Shown: in pieces, positions 60,119 through 64,000 of the stretch
Numbering within the stretch: position 1 is the first letter of the stretch
How the letters are laid out: every line of letters begins with the position of its first letter
DNA from: a virus
Taxonomy: Duplodnaviria; Caudoviricetes
Length of the DNA: 64,000 bases
Strand: one strand, 5' to 3'
IMG/VR virus record: IMGVR_UViG_3300046516_001034
Coordinates: 899-64,898 of that record
Position numbers and translations under genes: made by a program
Notes under the pieces: model-generated
Database searches by the model: none
What the model was told of the DNA's origin: nothing
Seen by the model: only the letters and a program-made list of their open reading frames with translations

Positions 60119-60812
60119 GATACACTCCTAAATTTCCAAACCAGAAAGGGCAGTAACTCTTGCGAGTTACCGCCCTGTCCGAATGTTGTGTACACTGCGC
60201 GTTCCAAAGCGCAGCGGGTTGTTCACGGCGAGCGCCCTTTGGGGCGCGAGCGCCTTATCGCACGCTCGCCGTCCGGGGTCAGGTTTTCTCGGGATACCAT
60301 CTTGCCATCGGGGCGCTCCCCCATGGTTTTGTGGTTCGTTGCCCTCAATACCCTGCCATTGTGACCTAATCGTCACCCCCCACTCTTAGGCCGCGCTTAC
60401 CTCGCGACCCTATCTCGGGACACCCATGCCACCCAGACCGGCGCGACAGTACAAGTCGGCCGTCCGGCAGGCACCCAGTCACGCGAACCACACGTGACCA
60501 GACTTCCTCAGCGGAGTGGCAGCCCGGCCGGGGGTGACATCACTCGCAATGCGGTGACGGGCTGCAAATAACTCACGGGGAGTGACCAGCCAGCAGGGCA
60601 GGCCGGACACGGCAATGGACCAAGGCCTCGGCCCGGGGGGCGCGCGTTTAGGTGAGTGTAAAATATTTGTGGGATCGTAATCATTTTACCATTAAATAAC
60701 GTACAATCAACCGTACGCCACCGTACCAAAAACCCCCGGAACAAATCACGACATCCCCAGTTTACAAGCATTAACAAACAACCATGTAATATCCCCCAAG
60801 TAATAAACCTAC

Positions 60813-60841
60813 TTGACAAAGAGCATTACACCCCTTACAAT
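60813..60841 (+). promoter_or_regulatory. Near-consensus sigma70 promoter upstream of terminase
   Basis: TTGACA-AAGAGCATTACACCCCT(17)-TACAAT. Confidence 0.7.
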
Positions 60842-60982
60842 TGTGCACGGTCGCCCGCCTGCCACGGGAGATCAGTTGCGCAAAAGGATGGGTGATTGGG
60901 ATGCTGTCCCCCGATCACCCATCCAGCGCCCTCCCTGCCGTTACTCTAAGAGTTAAGGGGCGTCGCCATCAAAACCGGCCCA

Positions 60983-62467
60983 GTGCGATCAGGGTGGACC
61001 TACCACGCGACCCCCACCATAAGCAGGTTCATGCAGAGCGACGCCTTTGGACGATTACTGGCAGGGCCAGTGGGATCAGGAAAAACTACCGGGTGCATCG
61101 TAGAAACCGCGCGGCGCATGGGCCAGCAAGCCCCCGGCTACGACGGACGACGGTACACTCGCTTTGCCGTCATACGACAGTCCCTCAAGGACGCCAAAGC
61201 GACTGTGCTGAAGGATATTCGCGGTTGGTTCGGCTCGATGGCCGACTGGAAGGTGAGTGAGAGCACTCTCTATATTGAGCAGGGCAACATCTATAGCGAG
61301 TGGATGTTCATCCCCCTCGATGAGCCCGACGACGTAAAGAGATTACTCAGCACCCAGCTTACGGCGGCGTACGTCAACGAGTGCAGCGAAACCGATATCG
61401 ATCTCCTCTCCGATATTGCCGGTCGTGTCGGGCGCTACCCCAACAACGAGTTTGGCGCGTGCACGTGGAGCGGCATCTATGCCGACACCAACATGCCCAT
61501 CGCCCATACCCCATGGGCCGACTTTATCAACAAGCCGCCGCCCGAGTGGCAGGTGTATCGTCAACCCGGCGGGCATACCCCCGAAGCCGAGAACCTCGCC
61601 CACCTCAACCAAACGGCGGAGACGATCCTCTTGCCGGATGACGACCCCCGTCGCATCGAGCAAGGAAGAGGGTACTACAATCGTTTGCTGAGTGTGGGCA
61701 CTCCCGATTACATCCGGCGCTACGTGTGGGCGGAGTTTGGGCGCGATCCCAGCGGAGCCGCCGTGTTCGCGGAGAGCTTCAAATACGACTTCCACGTAAG
61801 CGACGAGCCGCTGGAGCCTGTGTACAGCAGGATGCTGATCGTGGGGCAGGACTTCGGTCGCTCCCCTTGGAGCGTCATCTGCCAGTTGGATCACGCCGGG
61901 CGGTTGATGGTGCTGGAGGAAGTCCCCGGGCGCGGCCCCACGGGGGAAAACGTCGGGCTTGAACAACATATAAAACAAAATCTCATCCCCGCCCTCTTGA
62001 GCCCGCGCTACCAAGGGCGGCCGATAGCGATCGTGGGCGACCCATCGGGGCGCGCCCGCGATAGCCTGTTCGAGCTAAACAGCTTTGACCTCATAAAGAA
62101 GCTTGGGTTGCCAGCCGAGCCAGCGCCGACCAACGACATCGACCCAAGATTACGGGCGGTGGAGAACTTCTTGGTGGGGCAAGTAGGAGGGAAGGCGCGC
62201 ATCGTGTTCGATGCGCAGCGCTGCCCCACGCTGATAGCGGCTATGAACGGGCAGTACAAGTACTCCCTGCGCCCCGACAGCAGCGGGGGGATGTATATGA
62301 AAGATATACCGGAGAAGCTGCATCCGTGGAGCGACGTGTGCGACGCCCTCCAGTATGTGTGCCTTGTTACCGGGAACATGGGCGCATATCAGTGGGTGCT
62401 GGGGCGGGTGGTCGCCCGCGCCCCCCGCGCGCCGCGCCCGCGCGTGAGCGCGCTCGCGTGGACTTAA
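60983..62467 (+). CDS. terL: Terminase large subunit
   Basis: GPVGSGKT Walker A, AYVNE Walker B, DTN, GQDFG nuclease, SDVCDALQY. Confidence 0.9.
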   Translation: MRSGWTYHATPTISRFMQSDAFGRLLAGPVGSGKTTGCIVETARRMGQQAPGYDGRRYTRFAVIRQSLKDAKATVLKDIRGWFGSMADWKVSESTLYIEQGNIYSEWMFIPLDEPDDVKRLLSTQLTAAYVNECSETDIDLLSDIAGRVGRYPNNEFGACTWSGIYADTNMPIAHTPWADFINKPPPEWQVYRQPGGHTPEAENLAHLNQTAETILLPDDDPRRIEQGRGYYNRLLSVGTPDYIRRYVWAEFGRDPSGAAVFAESFKYDFHVSDEPLEPVYSRMLIVGQDFGRSPWSVICQLDHAGRLMVLEEVPGRGPTGENVGLEQHIKQNLIPALLSPRYQGRPIAIVGDPSGRARDSLFELNSFDLIKKLGLPAEPAPTNDIDPRLRAVENFLVGQVGGKARIVFDAQRCPTLIAAMNGQYKYSLRPDSSGGMYMKDIPEKLHPWSDVCDALQYVCLVTGNMGAYQWVLGRVVARAPRAPRPRVSALAWT

Positions 62468-62468
62468 T

Positions 62469-62496
62469 CTACTGTAGGGAGCACTCCCTACAGTAG
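62469..62496. terminator. Inverted repeat between convergent genes
   Basis: CTACTGTAGGGA-GCAC-TCCCTACAGTAG. Confidence 0.7.
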
Positions 62497-62497
62497 C

Positions 62498-63022
62498 TCA
62501 CAACTCTTCGAGCGGAAGAGCATTCAATAAGTTACTCTGCGAGTAACCCGCCCCAGCATCCACCGCCGTAGCGTTAATCACGATATCGCGCGCGCGCCCA
62601 CTCGCTCCTACACTCTCGTCTAAGTGTATCGTGAGATTAAACGCGCTCCCTATGCCCGCCGCAACCGGCTCGGGATTGCCCAAGCCCCCAATGCGCGACA
62701 CCACCTCCAGCACCTTCACCCGCGCGCTTAAAGGCTCCGCCGCGTTGGTCATCGCGGTATAGAAGCTGGGCAGCGCCAGTTCCACGTTGATCGCCGCTTT
62801 GAGCTTGGTGCGCTTGTAAGTGTTGTTCGCTCCCTGCCATTCGTTGAGCGCCTCATCGAGCATCCCCCGGAACACCTTGGTGCCGCACAGTTCGGCGTAA
62901 TCGCCCATGGTGAACCCAAGGCGACGTACAAGATCGGGGATCTCCTCCATATCCTTGGCCACGCCCTGCGCCAGTTCGCGCAAGCGCTGCTCGTCCGCTG
63001 CGCTTATGACTAACGATGACAT
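62498..63022 (-). CDS. Putative terminase small subunit (inverted orientation)
   Basis: Between terL and portal; HTH-like N-terminus, helical core, FNLTIHL beta tail. Confidence 0.4.
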   Translation of the reverse strand: MSSLVISAADEQRLRELAQGVAKDMEEIPDLVRRLGFTMGDYAELCGTKVFRGMLDEALNEWQGANNTYKRTKLKAAINVELALPSFYTAMTNAAEPLSARVKVLEVVSRIGGLGNPEPVAAGIGSAFNLTIHLDESVGASGRARDIVINATAVDAGAGYSQSNLLNALPLEEL

Positions 63023-63095
63023 CTAGCGCTCCAAAATAGTTGTTGACGGTTGTGCGAATATAGTGTAACACAACGATGGCAGGACAGCAAGTTTC

Positions 63096-64000
63096 ATGGC
63101 GGCTCTACCAGTAGCGCCCGCATTACGCGTGGTTGGACGCACGAGCCAGCCAGTGATGGATGCCGCCCGCTCGCAATCCTACGCTCCCCCTCCCAACGCG
63201 AACGCCACTGGCTCCCCTGCCGGGTTAGCTGGGTTCATCACCGACCAGTATACGATATTCCGAAGACATCGCGATACCGTAGGAAGAGGGTGGAGCGACA
63301 GGCTGCTTGCTGCGCTGCGCGCATTCAACGGCGTGTACGAGCAGGCGATCATCGAGGAGATCAAGCGCTTCGGCGGATCGAACGTGTATTCGCGCCTGAT
63401 CGCGATGAAGTGCAGAGGAACATCGAGCTTACTGCGAGATGTTTATTTAGGAACCGATAGGCCGTGGGGCATCCAACCGGCGAGCGACCCCGATATCCCT
63501 CCTGAAGTGGTCGAGGCGATAGGAACGGTGATCAAGGGCCAAGTCGGCCAGATGATCCAAGCCCATATGCAGGCGCAGCAGGCCAACCAAGCGCATGAGA
63601 TGGGAGTAAAAGCCGCCCACGCCTACGGCGCGGCGCAAGGAATCCACCCGGCGTTCATCGACCAAGCGATACCATCCCATCAAAGTGGCCCTTCACAGGG
63701 GCCATTAACTGGGGCGATACCGCCCAATACCCCCCTTCCCCCACAAGCTCCCGGCAACGCCGGGCTCCCCCCTCCTCCCCCCATCCCTCCTCTTCCTGAT
63801 CCATCCGCAATACGCGATCATTATGATATGATGATGGAGGATGCGCGCGACGCAGTGAAGCGCAAAGCGGTGGAGCAGGCGAAGATCGCGGAAGATAAGC
63901 TGGAAGAACGCTTGGCGCAGGGCGGCTTTTATAACGCCCTCGCTGAGTTCCTCGTCGATATCCCAATGTTCCCTTATGCCGTGATAAAAGGCCCCACGGT
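63096..64000 (+). CDS. Portal protein, N-terminal part (3' truncated; not in ORF track)
   Basis: Hand translation MAALPVAPALRVVG...WSDRLLAALRAFNGVY...FGGSNVYSRLIAMKCRG..LLRDVYLG..RPW...FPYAVIKGP, open to window end. Confidence 0.8.
   Translation, partial: MAALPVAPALRVVGRTSQPVMDAARSQSYAPPPNANATGSPAGLAGFITDQYTIFRRHRDTVGRGWSDRLLAALRAFNGVYEQAIIEEIKRFGGSNVYSRLIAMKCRGTSSLLRDVYLGTDRPWGIQPASDPDIPPEVVEAIGTVIKGQVGQMIQAHMQAQQANQAHEMGVKAAHAYGAAQGIHPAFIDQAIPSHQSGPSQGPLTGAIPPNTPLPPQAPGNAGLPPPPPIPPLPDPSAIRDHYDMMMEDARDAVKRKAVEQAKIAEDKLEERLAQGGFYNALAEFLVDIPMFPYAVIKGPT

Overview
The window is almost all of a ~64-65 kb circularly permuted podovirus-like dsDNA phage genome: the portal gene runs off the right end (63096-64000) and resumes at position 1. 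The + strand (60983 through the ends to 36469) carries terminase, portal, scaffold, capsid, short-tail, fibre, ejection and lysis genes. The - strand (36466-60118) carries PEP-CTERM genes, replication genes (primase-helicase, SNF2-like helicase, VRR-NUC, PD-(D/E)XK nuclease, PolA), a MoxR/vWA pair and small early ORFs. The host is probably an alphaproteobacterium (inference). No integrase, CRISPR array or canonical tRNA was recognised. The most striking unexplained signal is a quasi-palindrome, GTWACTC-N3-5-GAGTWAC, with more than 50 copies counted by eye. It sits inside core genes and also forms many gene junctions (stop codon + SD + start). Other notable items: Cys-rich tail-fibre-like proteins with Sec signal peptides, two PEP-CTERM surface proteins, an Acb2-like anti-CBASS candidate, a recurring [FY]xxGG peptide motif and a candidate structured ncRNA. 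All calls come from reading motifs by eye; no searches were run.
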